Position numbers and translations under genes: made by a program. Below are positions 41,776-53,900 of a DNA stretch of 64,000 nucleotides, piece after piece. Below the pieces are notes generated by a model, which had not been told where the DNA came from, did no database searches, and saw nothing but the letters and a program-made list of their open reading frames with translations. Source of the DNA: Epithemia pelagica. Lineage: Eukaryota; Protista; Bacillariophyta. The first letter of the stretch is position 1. The number at the start of each line of letters is the position of its first letter. The stretch spans positions 2,542,001-2,606,000 of the forward strand of contig OX337230.1 of assembly GCA_946965045.2 (NCBI GenBank). The letters run 5' to 3'.

Positions 41776-42700
41776 TCAGACAAGACGGAACCAAGACAAA
41801 CGCGGAGAGGAGTGCCCACCTTGTAAGGGGCCACGCTGAGGGTTGGATTCTTTGTAACGAAGGAAGTCTTCATGCGTGATAAGGGTGATGTCGTGTCCGC
41901 TCCGGAACTGGGACGTGAGTACGTCATAGGTGAACTTGGTGACACGGACGAGGCGGTAGATTTCCTCGAACGTGAGCGAACGGACAGGATCGTTGTAGTC
42001 GTCGATGGGATGACTGGCGCGGATTTGGTAGAGCGCGCCAGGATCGATCTCCAAGAACATCGCCAAATGGTACAGGTTAGTGTACGTCATGGGGCATGTG
42101 ATGACGCCCCCAAATGTGAGGAAGTGTGTAAGCGACGCGACGTTGTGAAGGAGATGGCGTAATGCGGTGACCTGACGTTCGGTGGCTGGAGAGAAATCGT
42201 TGTACAAATCGCCCATCATGGATTGGGCGTATTCCAAGTTATTGGTAGAAGCACTAAGCATGTTTCAATCTTGTTCACCACACCCAAGTACATGAGGTGA
42301 AGCACATGTGTTGAAACATGAGGAATGTTGATTGCAGACAACTACACAACACTCCTAATCCCCTTCCGCTTTGTGTTCTCTATGAATGACAATGACAGAT
42401 TGTCAGACATAAGAAATAGTCCACCCACGGCTGGGGAAACATGTTCGATGTTGCTGAATTGTTTTAAAATCATTGATACTGTCTTGAAAGGATCTTAAGG
42501 CATGGATTTCAGCACGGGTAAAAGTTTCAGGTGATTTCTTGGAATCAGGAGTGTCGAGGGCGGGCACCCAACGGTTGTTGGAGAGAGCGAGACGGTATCG
42601 GTCCTCTGCGAGTGTGCAAATCGAGAGGACGTCAACATCATTGGTTTTGAGATGTAGTGTTTGCCAACAAGTTCTATCATGGTTATGGTCAAGTTTCAAA
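41776..42700 (-). pseudogene. Probable retrotransposon gag N-terminal fragments
   Basis: Two short ORFs with similar-looking endings (LTFEEIYRL...DITLITHEDFLRY; FTRAEIHALRSFQ). Family assignment by resemblance only. Confidence 0.3.
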
Positions 42701-45206
42701 CTTGCCCATTAGAAGAATAGCATGGAGAGACTCACTAATATCCATCGCTTAGGGAGCCGTGGGAAATGGCTGTCCACGTGCAAATGGTTGCTTCTCAGTG
42801 GTGACTCCCATGAGAAGAGCGGCGGTTAGAAGGAGCTGGTGTGACGAGAATTGATGGGGTTCTGGAGCTCTTTAACCACTACAAGACCAAGCCACAGTTT
42901 GCAGATGTTGTCTTCGAGCAATTCGCGGAGCGGTTGGCAGATCATTTGAAGAGCGCAACAAAAAATCTTGCTCTGGCAAAGAGAGATCAGGAGGTCTACA
43001 ATCATGATCGGTTGTTGATTGAACCCTCTCAGAATCGAAGAAGCCCTGGGACCCACGGGACCTTGACACCACTCAGCCGCCAGACAGCCCCCGGGAAGGG
43101 AGAGGAATCGTGTGACACCCAAAGTAATCGACCTGGTTGGAAACCAGAGGGCCCCAAAGACCAAGAAGGGACCGGAGAGAATTAGCCATGGCAACCTCCT
43201 CACCGCTCCCTGATTGATCTTGCAGGACAGACTCGGCTGCTGCTTGTGCAGCCTCTTCTTGTGGGTCAGTGTATGCAGCCTCTTGAACGTAGGCTTGGGC
43301 TTGGGGGCAAACAAGGTGGGACAGAGCACGACAACAACGTGCTCGAGGCATCCCGGGAAAGGATCGCGTCTGAGTTCCAAGAGCGTCGAAACAAGTTGCG
43401 CAGACAAGGAATCGTCCCGAGAAGCTTCCGGTTTCTTGGACGCAGAGGACATCATCAAGCACGACAACGGTCGTATTGAGATCGTGTATCGTATCCCACA
43501 TCTACCGTTCAACGCAGCCTCAACACCCCAAACAAGGCAAACAAGAAAATGAAGACAAAGAAGGCCGTGGACAACAAAACGTCGAAGAAGAAGAAGAAGA
43601 AGACAACGATGACAAAGTCTCCTGCTTTGACAAAGAAGCATGTCACCTTCAACCTTGAGGGTCCTTTGTTCAGTGGCAACTCACCATTGGGGATGAAGAT
43701 GGTATCCCAGTGTTCTTCGTCGGCAACAAGGACGAACGTGCTAACCTGTCGGATATCGCGGCTCCGCAGTCTTCTTATACACTTCGTTCAAATACACTGG
43801 ACTGCAGCTCATCGTGTGCAGTTCACTGAAACGTTCCTTAACCTGCTGACTTGTTGGCTCCGTTCCTGCCTTCGTCGCAAGTAACGGGGGACCCTTTAAC
43901 ATGTTATACGGCAGTATACGAGTAGCCGAACATCCCATAGGCGACAAACACACCAGTGCTTTCACATTGTTTTGGTGCATTGAATCCGCATGCATCCACT
44001 GTGCCGCAGATTGGTTCTCCTTTTTCCATATATACATAACTCTCACCGCCATCTCCGGTCGCTTTCCCATCCCAACATACATTGCATCCAACAGCAACAC
44101 TTCTACTCCAATGGAGATTTTGCAAGAAGTTGGTGCCGGAACTCAGATCCCTCCTCTCTTCAACACTTCAACAATCCACCGAATAGATTCAACACAACCA
44201 CTGAAGGAAAAATCTAATCCAGCACCACTCTTCTATAGGTTCAACACAACCACCGAAGGAAAAAACCAATTCACTCTTCAATAGAAACACCGAAGGAAAA
44301 TCCAATCCAGTACTGGTGAGATCCTCTTCTTCTCTTATAATTTTTTATTTCATTTTTCTAACTCAATTCTTTTATCGTTGCTGTTGTTGTCCTTTCAGAT
44401 CATGACAGTGGTTTTCTCATTCAGTTCTTGCAATATTTTGGTGCTTTTGCTTTCAAAAATTCATTTGGTGGTATTGTTTGGATGTGGTGGTGTGGATGTC
44501 ATGGCAGTGGGTCCAAGATGAAGTGGATGACAGTCTCCATCAGACTCATCCAGCCCTTTCCTTCCTTTTCTTTGTGTTGGTGTTCTGCTTCTTCTTGGGA
44601 CAATCATGGATGTGGCAAGCATTCGAGTCCTGGCGTAGTTGACAAGTACTCAAGTACATAGGAGAGGAGGTCTTGCAACAGGGATGTTGCGAGACGTGGT
44701 CACCTCCTACTTCACATGACGTAGGTGCCATGTATTTGAACCCATGGAAGAAGAAGTAGTACTCTCTGTAAGGGAGTGCGTTGGGGATAGGTGATTCGAT
44801 GTGTTGCAAGAAGACCTCGCCTCGTATGCAAACAAGTACGTACAAGAGTGCAATACAAGACGAGATCGTCTGGCAACACATCGGATCACCGTCAACAAAG
44901 TGATGTAAGTTGCCTGAAAGCCATATTGTATAAAATTCAGGGAGTAATGGAGGTGGAACAAGCAAAACCAACCATGATCATGACGGCCATGTTGAAACCT
45001 CACCTGACTGCATTTTCTCTGCTCACTCACAGGCTACCGTAAAAATTGGGGCTATTGCACCATTGCATTGTGGCACCAAACGCATAGTTTAACTGCTAAA
45101 ATGAGCGTGTATGCGCGAACAACGCGTGCCTCTCCCTCCAACAGCGCCCCACTCCTTCCAATGCAAGATTTTACAACCACCGACCCAGTAGCAACACTCT
45201 ACCGCC

Positions 45207-45760
45207 ATGGACGCCTCTCAATCGTCCGAAACCAACACCGCGTCTAACGACGTTCCATCAAACGCAGACGACGATGTGGGTTCTGTTGACTTAGTCAACA
45301 TGGAAGACGAAGTCGACGAGAATGGTGAATTCCCTCCGGAAACGCAGATGTTGTTTTTGAGAACCAAGAAGACGACGAAGAGCCACGCCGAGCTATCGAG
45401 GTTTATGGTCTTGCCAGAAGTTCTAATGGGCGTCATTGTGCCTTTCATCCTTGTTGCGGTACTCAAGTGGTCGTTTGAGACATTCTTCGCATTAAACGAG
45501 TCGTTATTGACCTGTCGGAAGATCTCACGGAAGAAGCTCTGGCGACTGTCGTAATCAAGGATGGCGTGGAACGTGCACTGTTGGATTCATTCCGAGGTTC
45601 CTCATCAACGACCCAACGGTCATGCGCAACATAGACGAGCATTTACAGGTCACTGAGTTGTACCGAGACTCAACAAACACAGCAAAGATAGCCAAAGACG
45701 AACGGAAGACTGGTGTTGCCGGTTGCATTTTTATTCGCAAATTTCCTCATCAAGAATAGC
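45207..45760 (+). pseudogene. Disrupted accessory gene convergent with the pogo transposase (Cys/His motif plus HIRAN-like C-terminus)
   Basis: Reconstructed across two frameshifts and one TGA (45476): IEVYGLARSSNGRHCAFHPCCGTQ...EEALATVVIKDG...CTVGFIPR...LQVTELY. The fold call is inference. Confidence 0.4.
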
Positions 45761-45956
45761 TTGTAACTACTGTAGAGACATCGTCCACTACACCAGATTC
45801 TATATCTTATTCCGACTACAATAGAAATCATTTCTTCTCAATCGTTTCAATCAGTTCTTCTTGTGTGTATGTTTGTTTGTTTGTTTCTTGTTGTTGTTGT
45901 TTTCTCCGTCCCCAAGCTTGTCCTCCCCAAGCTTGTCCCCTTCGTAGGCAAAGCGA

Positions 45957-47358
45957 TCATTCCAATGAATCATTCGTTGCGGCGCCACCATAGGGCAACA
46001 GACCAATGTGTTTCCATGTGTTCACGACGATGTCTTTGTTGAGTTTGTTCCAGGCGTACCGGATCCAACTCGAGACGTCTCGACGGTGAATGGGGATCTT
46101 TGTCCCTGGGAGTTGATATTCGACGCAATGCTGCACGTGATCCTCCCCCATCTTGGCAAACTTCCTCTTGAAGGGTCGATTAAGACACGCGTCCATCACT
46201 TGCAGCTTTGAAGTGTATCCCTTAGGGATTATCTCCACCAAGGTTCCCATATCCGCTAGTTTCTTTTCCACAGGAGCGACCAAATGAGCCGAAAACGCAT
46301 CCAATAAGAGCATAGTAGTTCCACGACGACAGCGAACAAAGGAGCCCTCACACGGTCGACCCATTCCAACATAAGCTCAGTATCCATCCATCCATTAGCT
46401 TGGACGGAGTATTCAAGCTTCTCCGCATATCCAACAGGATCAGCCAATTCACGGCGGTGGACGGTTCCGTTGCGCTTTCCCTTGAAGATGATGAAGGAAG
46501 TGATATACTCTCCAGAGAGAGTGCACCCAAGCATGGCTGTGCAGCGTTGGGAGGAGCCAGTTGTCATCACCTTCACCGACCGAACACCACGATAATCCAA
46601 CGTACGACGCGGTTCCATACCGAAATCGAGGTTTGTCTTATCAAAATTAGCAACGTGAGTCGGCTTAATGTTGTATAAACGCATCTGTTCGTTGATGTAC
46701 TGTACCCATTGGTCGATTTTCAGTTGGGAATGATGGCGATTCTGAGCCAAGTGTGTAACACTCCTCTGTACCAACGCACTGCGGTGGACCCAACGACGAA
46801 CACGCTGCATAAGTGCTTCCAATGTTGCTTCTTCAAGGGCATCCGGACAAAGAGTTATATACTCATTTGTCAAGTTCCGAATTATAACAGTTGGGCCCTT
46901 CTGACGGGCAAACCACCGGGATGCATCCGAGTTCGTTGGCCTTCCACACTACTGTACTGAAAATTGTACGAATCGTCGGCAATGGCCTGGTCCATCTGCT
47001 TTTTCCAACGGACGATTGACGAATGACAAACCTTGTATCGACGAGCAACCTTGCGAATCGTGAGGGGCTGTTCCATTGCTTCCTGGACAATCTTGCGCTT
47101 CTCACGTAGGGTATAGCGTGATCGGTTGTAATCAGTTGCCCGAACTGGTAGAGGATTGGTGTAGAACGTAACTGGAGGTACTGGCTGGCGGTAATTCTCC
47201 GCGGTATGGGTATCCACTGTCTGCAAGGTGAGATGGTCGTCGTCATCGTTGTTAGTCATTGGACATCCGCGGTTGTCCTCGCAGTATTTGTACGTCGGTT
47301 CTGTGTACGGAGTGACAATAGTGGTGAGGGTGGGGGGAGATGCCATTGCTGAAATCAA
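45957..47358 (-). pseudogene. pogo/Tigger-type (Tc1-mariner, DDE_1) transposase, frameshifted
   Basis: Three frames. HTH YTLREKRKIV...VARRYKV..SSIVRWKK; NFDKTNL (catalytic D, E->K); TAMLG...FIIFKG; NGWMDTELMLEW; LLLDAFSAH; IIPKGYTSKLQVMDACLNRPFK. Confidence 0.9.
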
Positions 47359-47683
47359 GAAGCGGTCAAGAAGGGCTTGCAGTTTCTTTGGAATGCCGTA
47401 TCATGAGAACTATTCGTCGGATTTTGATGAACCGCAGTGATTTAAAAAGCTCGTCGCAAGCCGAACCGAGTGAGCATGCTGGGCTTGTTCAAATCGAATT
47501 AGTTATTGAGATATGGCTTCATACATATTTTGAAAAAATCTTATAAACGAGGATTCAAAAGTATAACGGCAAGTGGGTTGAGTACCACTATTTGGCTCTA
47601 TAGTAGAACTCGTCCAGGAAGTCAAGGCATGGTGCAATTAAGAACTAAGATAAGTTGAACTGACGAATGAAGAAGCACTATGA

Positions 47684-48787
47684 TTAGTTGAACTGATGAA
47701 TGAGGAGTAGGACTTCATCCGCGTCCTCCCATTTGCAAATCTCTTGCTGGTCCATTGGCAGATCGTGGTCGTAGAAGACTCCACCAACAATACGTGAGAC
47801 AACAAAAGGTCCATTTTCGTTCCTATTGACCGCAATCACTTCATAGATGTTCTGTTCGTCCCAGTCTGTAAACTGGTGGCCGACTTTGATTCGGCTACTG
47901 GGAGAATCGTTCGCGTCCGATTTAGCTACCTTCTTGGGGGCAGGAGGACTCGGAGAAACAGCGTCCGAGTTCTTAGAGGATTCTGAATCAGTGGCAGTGG
48001 TGTCAGACGGTTCATGCTGATAAACATCCGTGTCGTCGTCTTTTTCTGGAGTGCCTTGGAGGATATTCTTGAGATCCTCGGTAGGAGGACTGTTCTTGAC
48101 CTTGCCATTGTGATCGAGAGAGTACTGGAACTGTTCATATCCAACTACAACACGACAATGAAAATCTGACCAACACAGGTCCACGCATTGTTCACTAGAA
48201 CGTAAACGAAAGTACTCTTGTTCGTCAATTTTGCTTCCTTTGACGACAGTGAGTCGATGCTCGGGCTTGAGGGGACATCCCTTTGGGCCGTCAGCAAGAG
48301 TGGGCTTGCGTTCTGTGCAGCCGTAGGTACTGCCAAACCCAAGTAGTCCACGTAAAAATTTCAAGTCGTCAGAAGATCGGAAGCGAATAATTGTCGTGGG
48401 GTAGAACATCTTGACTTTCTTGCGTGTGAATTTGCGATCTATGTCTAGATACGAGGCAGACCCCTTCGTAGTGTGAACTTTAATGCCTTCGTTGCAAAAT
48501 AACTTGACGATGTAGGTCCAAGTTTCAGTTGGAACGAGACCTATCGTATCTCCGGTCACTTCATGTTCTTGGGCTTGCCCAGAGGACTTGTTGAGCAATT
48601 TCACTAGCGCCTTCCGAAGCACAAATAAGCCAACAAATGCTGACTGGTGGAAGCATCTTGGTGGACAAAGTGCCTTGTCTATGATTTCACGGCTTATATG
48701 CTCATTAGGAAAACACAATTTGGTGTTGTTTTCCAGAGGATGAAGGCGTGGCAAGGATGGGTCGATGGTGTCGGAGTCTGTCGTCAT
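47684..48787 (-). CDS. Hypothetical protein, 367 aa (orphan, TE-embedded)
   Basis: Uninterrupted ORF with globular-looking composition. No family recognised. Confidence 0.55.
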   Translation of the reverse strand: MTTDSDTIDPSLPRLHPLENNTKLCFPNEHISREIIDKALCPPRCFHQSAFVGLFVLRKALVKLLNKSSGQAQEHEVTGDTIGLVPTETWTYIVKLFCNEGIKVHTTKGSASYLDIDRKFTRKKVKMFYPTTIIRFRSSDDLKFLRGLLGFGSTYGCTERKPTLADGPKGCPLKPEHRLTVVKGSKIDEQEYFRLRSSEQCVDLCWSDFHCRVVVGYEQFQYSLDHNGKVKNSPPTEDLKNILQGTPEKDDDTDVYQHEPSDTTATDSESSKNSDAVSPSPPAPKKVAKSDANDSPSSRIKVGHQFTDWDEQNIYEVIAVNRNENGPFVVSRIVGGVFYDHDLPMDQQEICKWEDADEVLLLIHQFN

Positions 48788-50623
48788 TCTGAACCGAACA
48801 TAAAAACCATTGTAAAGTCATTGATTCTTGGGGATCTTCAATTCATCGATACCAAAGACAAAGGCGGGGTGGGAAATGGCAGCAGAAGCATCTTCCACGA
48901 CATCAAAAGTCGATGACGACTCATAAAGTTCCGTGTTTCTTGAGCCCAGACCAACCATGATCCTGGTGTAATTGTGCTTCGGCAATGGGGGGTGAGAGAT
49001 GCCGTGAATATTGTAGAGGACAAACCCTAAGAGGACAAACCTGATCCCATCGTCATTGAGACGAGAGTGGATGCGGGCAAAACGTAGTCCCGTAGATGTG
49101 AACAAAGGACCCGATTCGAAGATGGTCGTCAATTTTCCTGACCTAAAGCGGAGGCTTGTTGATTTCCGGAGGGCGGCGGAACATGATTGTTGTATGTTCA
49201 CTGGTATCGGATTCGTGAGGCGTCGCCGTCATCTAAGGGTCGTTTTGGGGTGGGTAGTGGGTGAACCCCCCGCATGAAACCCCCAAAATGCACACTTCCC
49301 CCCAAATTCGCGCACTCTGCGCGCGATCACGCGCATGACACACCCTCCACGCGCCCAAACACAAAACATACGCGCGACCACACCAAACACGCGCCCAAAA
49401 GCCAAAACAAGCGCGTGACTCACGGGTCATGCACATTTCGCGCATTTCGCGCACACATGTTCGTCAGACATTCGCATTTCAACAGATTCCATGCACATGT
49501 CGTTTCTGTCTACCCACCAATCAAACAACCCCCCCCCCCCAAAAAAAACCGCATATCCCTACGCTTAGTTTTAATACATCCTTACGGGTAAAACCTAGAC
49601 ACCATAGGAAACCCTAGCGAGTTACAACATGGATCCTTTTTCTCGTGACACTATGTGGCAACCGGTCTCCACCTCCACAACAAACACACTCCCACCAAAG
49701 AGAAGAAACAACACACAGCAACAAAAACAAAACAAGAAAGCAAACAAGACCATCCCGTTGTGATTGTCTTACACTCACACTTGTTGTTCCGAATTGAGCA
49801 TCTATTACCACAACACAACACGATTGATTGTTGTTTTTACATTGGATCCTGCGTCTTTGGCCCATCGGTTTCTCATTGAATTGTTTCCATACTACTGATT
49901 GTCACGAGATTGTTTCCCCCGAAAAACTCAATTCTTTGATTGTTGGATCGAGACTGGTTGTGGACAACGCCGAGTGGTATTAGAAAGGTCGATTCTTTGA
50001 TTGTCTGGTTGCTTGTTGGGTACTGGTTGGAGTCGACTCATTGCCTTCTCAGGTTCACTATTGCTTACTGGGGTTGTTGTGATCGCTAAGAACTCGCTGT
50101 TGTTTCACCCGAAAAACCGAAACGATCTACATATTGTTGGTTATTAGACCGAGACTCTCTTTTGTGTGGTTTTTCTCAGAGCCCAGTCTGTCGCCTGTTT
50201 TGTTGTTGGTTGCTGACTGATTGTTGGTTGCTGATTGGATTCGAGTCACCACATCTTCTGCAAACTCTTGTGCCAAGGATTGCGGCTTGGTGATCGCCAA
50301 GAACTCGCCGTTCACCAGGGTTGTGAAGTCATAAGTCACTAATTCCAAAGTCAACACCGAATTTGACTTGACTTTGCCACTTTTTTGCAAGTCCCATTCC
50401 ATTCGTCATGCCGTAGAATACGGAATGACAATTCCTTATTCAATTCTATACTCTATACCACGAGTACTTACTCTGTTCAAGTCAAGTCTCCTTCGTTATT
50501 TACATGACTTTCATTCACCAAGTCAATCCCATTCACTATGACCGGACGACTTGTCATTCCCAAGTCTTCTTCCATTAGGCCCAAAGTTCCCTACTTGAAG
50601 TCATTATAGTAAGTCATTTACCC

Positions 50624-50683
50624 AAACTCCCTAAGTCAGTTATTCCATTCTACCAAAACTCCCTAAGTCAGTTATTCCATTCT
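50624..50683. repeat. 28-bp direct repeat in the hAT left subterminal region
   Basis: AAACTCCCTAAGTCAGTTATTCCATTCT at 50624-50651 and 50656-50683. Confidence 0.95.
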
Positions 50684-50948
50684 CCTAAAGTACAGACACA
50701 CCGATAATCACCGTGTACCGTGTATTCTTCATACAAAGCACCTCGAAACTGACAAAACAAACAACAATCAACTGATGACCTACACATACCTTCTTCCCCA
50801 ACACCTATCAGAATGACCCTTGACTCTTGGCCTTGTTTCGTCGTGTCCTCACTTCTCACTCCTCACAGTTAGAACGACAAGCAGCCAGCATCCTTTCACC
50901 ACCGTCCCCCCTTTGTCACTTTGCACCCTGCACCTCTTGCGCCCAACC

Positions 50949-53900
50949 ATGGCTCCAAAGAGGAAGTCGTTGAGCCGAACATCGAGCAAGAAAAGCTCGA
51001 CTGATGATCCACCATTGGATACTGCAACGGCGAACAAGATCAAGGCTCGCCAATCTCTATACAAACAGGAGAAGGAGCTCATTCCCATTCTTTCCTCCCC
51101 ACTTCCCGAATTTTTCACTCAGAATCCTACTCCTCTATGGAAATGGGGGATCCACATCGATTGGGAAAAGTTCGACAAGTTTCACGAAGAATCCATTGAC
51201 GAGAAACGAGACTTCTCAATGTACGAGGGAGTCACCAGCTTATTCGAATCCTACGAACATGTTGTAATCAAGAAATTATGGCCGAAGAAAAAACCTTCTC
51301 AACAAGGCAGGAAGAAACCGGTTGTATCGAAGAAGCTAGCCAAGTACCAAGATGTCTGTCGGTTCTGCATCATATGCCCTGTTTGCTTCCACGATCCGGA
51401 TACAACCTTGGCCAAATCCATCATCGGTTGCTCTGGAAAAACTTCCAATATCTCCCAGCACCGAACTGGATGTCACCAAGATTTGACGTTTGACGACGAG
51501 AAACCGGACACACAGGCTACTCTTGGCGAATATGCAACAAATCAAATCGTAACACGATCAGGTATTCGCAAGGAATTCCGACGACTCATATATGAGTTCG
51601 TGAATGATTGCTGCCTACCAGCATCGACAGTAGAGAAGCCAGAATTTCGGTCACTACTTCAATTCGCAACCTCCCATGGCCTCCAGCTCAAAGATTCCAA
51701 GGCTGAAAATATGAGTCGAAGGGAGATCACCAAAATGCGCTTGAATTCTTATGAAGAGTTCCTCTTCGTCGTGTCAGAACTTGGCAATAACGTTCGCAAT
51801 GCTTATCACAAGCTATGCAAGCAGAACGTACCTTTTGGGACCTTATGCCACGACATATGGAACGGCCCCAGGGGCGACATTCTGGGTGTCACTATAATGT
51901 TCACAGATCCCAGAAACTGTGAAGTTTATAGAATTCCCATTGGCCTGGCTGAAATACAAGGTCACTCGGCTGCCGATGTCGCCAAGTTGACACATGCTCT
52001 ACTCAATCAAGTCGGATTTTCTCAGAGTGACTTATGCGCCTCTGTAAACGACAACACGGCATCAGCCGTGCTCGCAGGCAAGTACATTCTCGGCATTCGA
52101 CGTCATGGGAGTGGCAGTGGCAGTAAAGGCAAGTGTGACATGCACAAGGCTGAACTGATTCTGAAACATGCCACCGGCTTGGTACAACGAAGCAGAAACA
52201 AGATTATCATCGACGCCAATCCAGAATTTGTTGAAGCTTATGGTATTGCAAAGAAGTTTGCTGCATGGCTCATGAGCAGTCGAGCACCACAACGATGGGA
52301 GAGTTTCAAAGATTTCGCAAACAAAATGGGAGCTGTGGTCATCATGATTCCACTCCCCAATGAAACAAGGGTATCTGGATGCATCCTGCTCATCATTGGC
52401 CTCCTTCGCAACAAATGGATTATGGATGAATACGCTGCAAGTACTATAAATGGAGACCTAGGCTTCAAACGCCGCTATCCCAATCCGGATGTATGGGAAG
52501 TTCTTTCCCAATTTGAAGCCATTCTATCCCCTCTAAAGGCAGTGTCTCTATCGCTCCAAGTCGATGCTCCCGGTTCTTCATCTGCGTCCTTATTGGAGTT
52601 GTACAGTGCACGTCATGTTGCCAAGTTGATGGAAATTGAGGACATCGAATGCTTGCCCATGAAAGAAAATTTGGACAACCCAATCAAGAAGTGGGATGCC
52701 ACAAAGAACATGGATGACCTGGACGAACAACGCGACCCAATTGCCTTTGAGGACTTGCATTCGACTAGTCGGAAACTCATCCGTCGGATTATCAAAGAGT
52801 ACAAGACGTACGTTCTCGAAGAAAAAGACGAAGATGCAGAGAAAGCCATGTGCTGCAACCCACTCCTGGCCAATATTTTTGAAGGACTCTTCAAAGATTT
52901 GGATGCCTATGACGACGACGATATCTCCCGTGTTAAGACGATGTTTGTGGAGGATATGGTTGCCAAGTTTTCGAACAAACGAGTCTCGCGCCTTGGTACA
53001 GTGTTTGCAAAACAGACTGGCAACAGTGGGGGAACAACAGACTCCACACCTACTACGAGCTCGAGTGCGAAACCTAAGAAAAAATCGAAGGTGGCAAGTG
53101 CCTTTGCCAAGATCAGAGAAGCACGAGAGAAAAAACAACAGGACTTGCTTGGACTGTCTGGCAAGGCCAGTAACGCTGGCGCAGAGGCAAAACTTGTTGC
53201 GGACCTCCGCGAGGCATGCAAAGAATGTTGGACCGATTTCAAGAAAATGTGTGACCTCATGATTGATCATAGATGGGAGGTGGTGATCAAGAAGTATTCG
53301 ACAGATGAATTCAAGGCGGAATCTCAGAAATGGGGGCGTTTGGAATGGGACGAGTTCAATGAACACTGCCGTGACAACTACTACCTTGGCATAGCACGAT
53401 ATTTCGACGTCATGAAATGGTGGAAGGTTCATGGTTCGGAATATCCTTTCATGCTCCCTTCAGCTCTCATTTGGCTTACCAAACCTCCGACTAATGCCTT
53501 TCAAGAACGAGTGTTCTCTGCAAGCACTTGGTATCACCAGAACAAATTAATGGGCAATATGTATGAGAAACACAACGAGATGCGAACTTTGGAAAAGTTG
53601 ACAAGGCCGTTGCGCAAATTGATTCTTCAGAGAGAAGCCGAAATAGAGAAAGAAGAAACAGAGAAAAAGGAAGTGATCGACATGACTGCGATAGACGAGA
53701 GTGGCACAAAAGGAGACGGCACAAGCAGCCAAGTCCAAGCCACTGCAAGTGTTGCAGTTGCAGTAGCCAGTCAACCAGTGGCTTCTAAAAGCACTACCGA
53801 AACACCGTCGCGACAAAGAACAAGTAGTGGAACAGGAAGCGGAACATCAAGTGAACCGATCAATATTACAGCGGAAACTACACCAGCACAAGACATTAGC

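Noticed and set aside
45768-47605. pogo TIRs TA|CTGTAGAG ... CTCTATAG|TA (also ATTGCACCAT/ATGGTGCAAT at ~45053/47629)
   Set aside because: Only 8-10 bp with mismatches; could be chance, so element ends were not called.
49605-49620. Telomere-like AAACCCTAG
   Set aside because: Single copy, no array.
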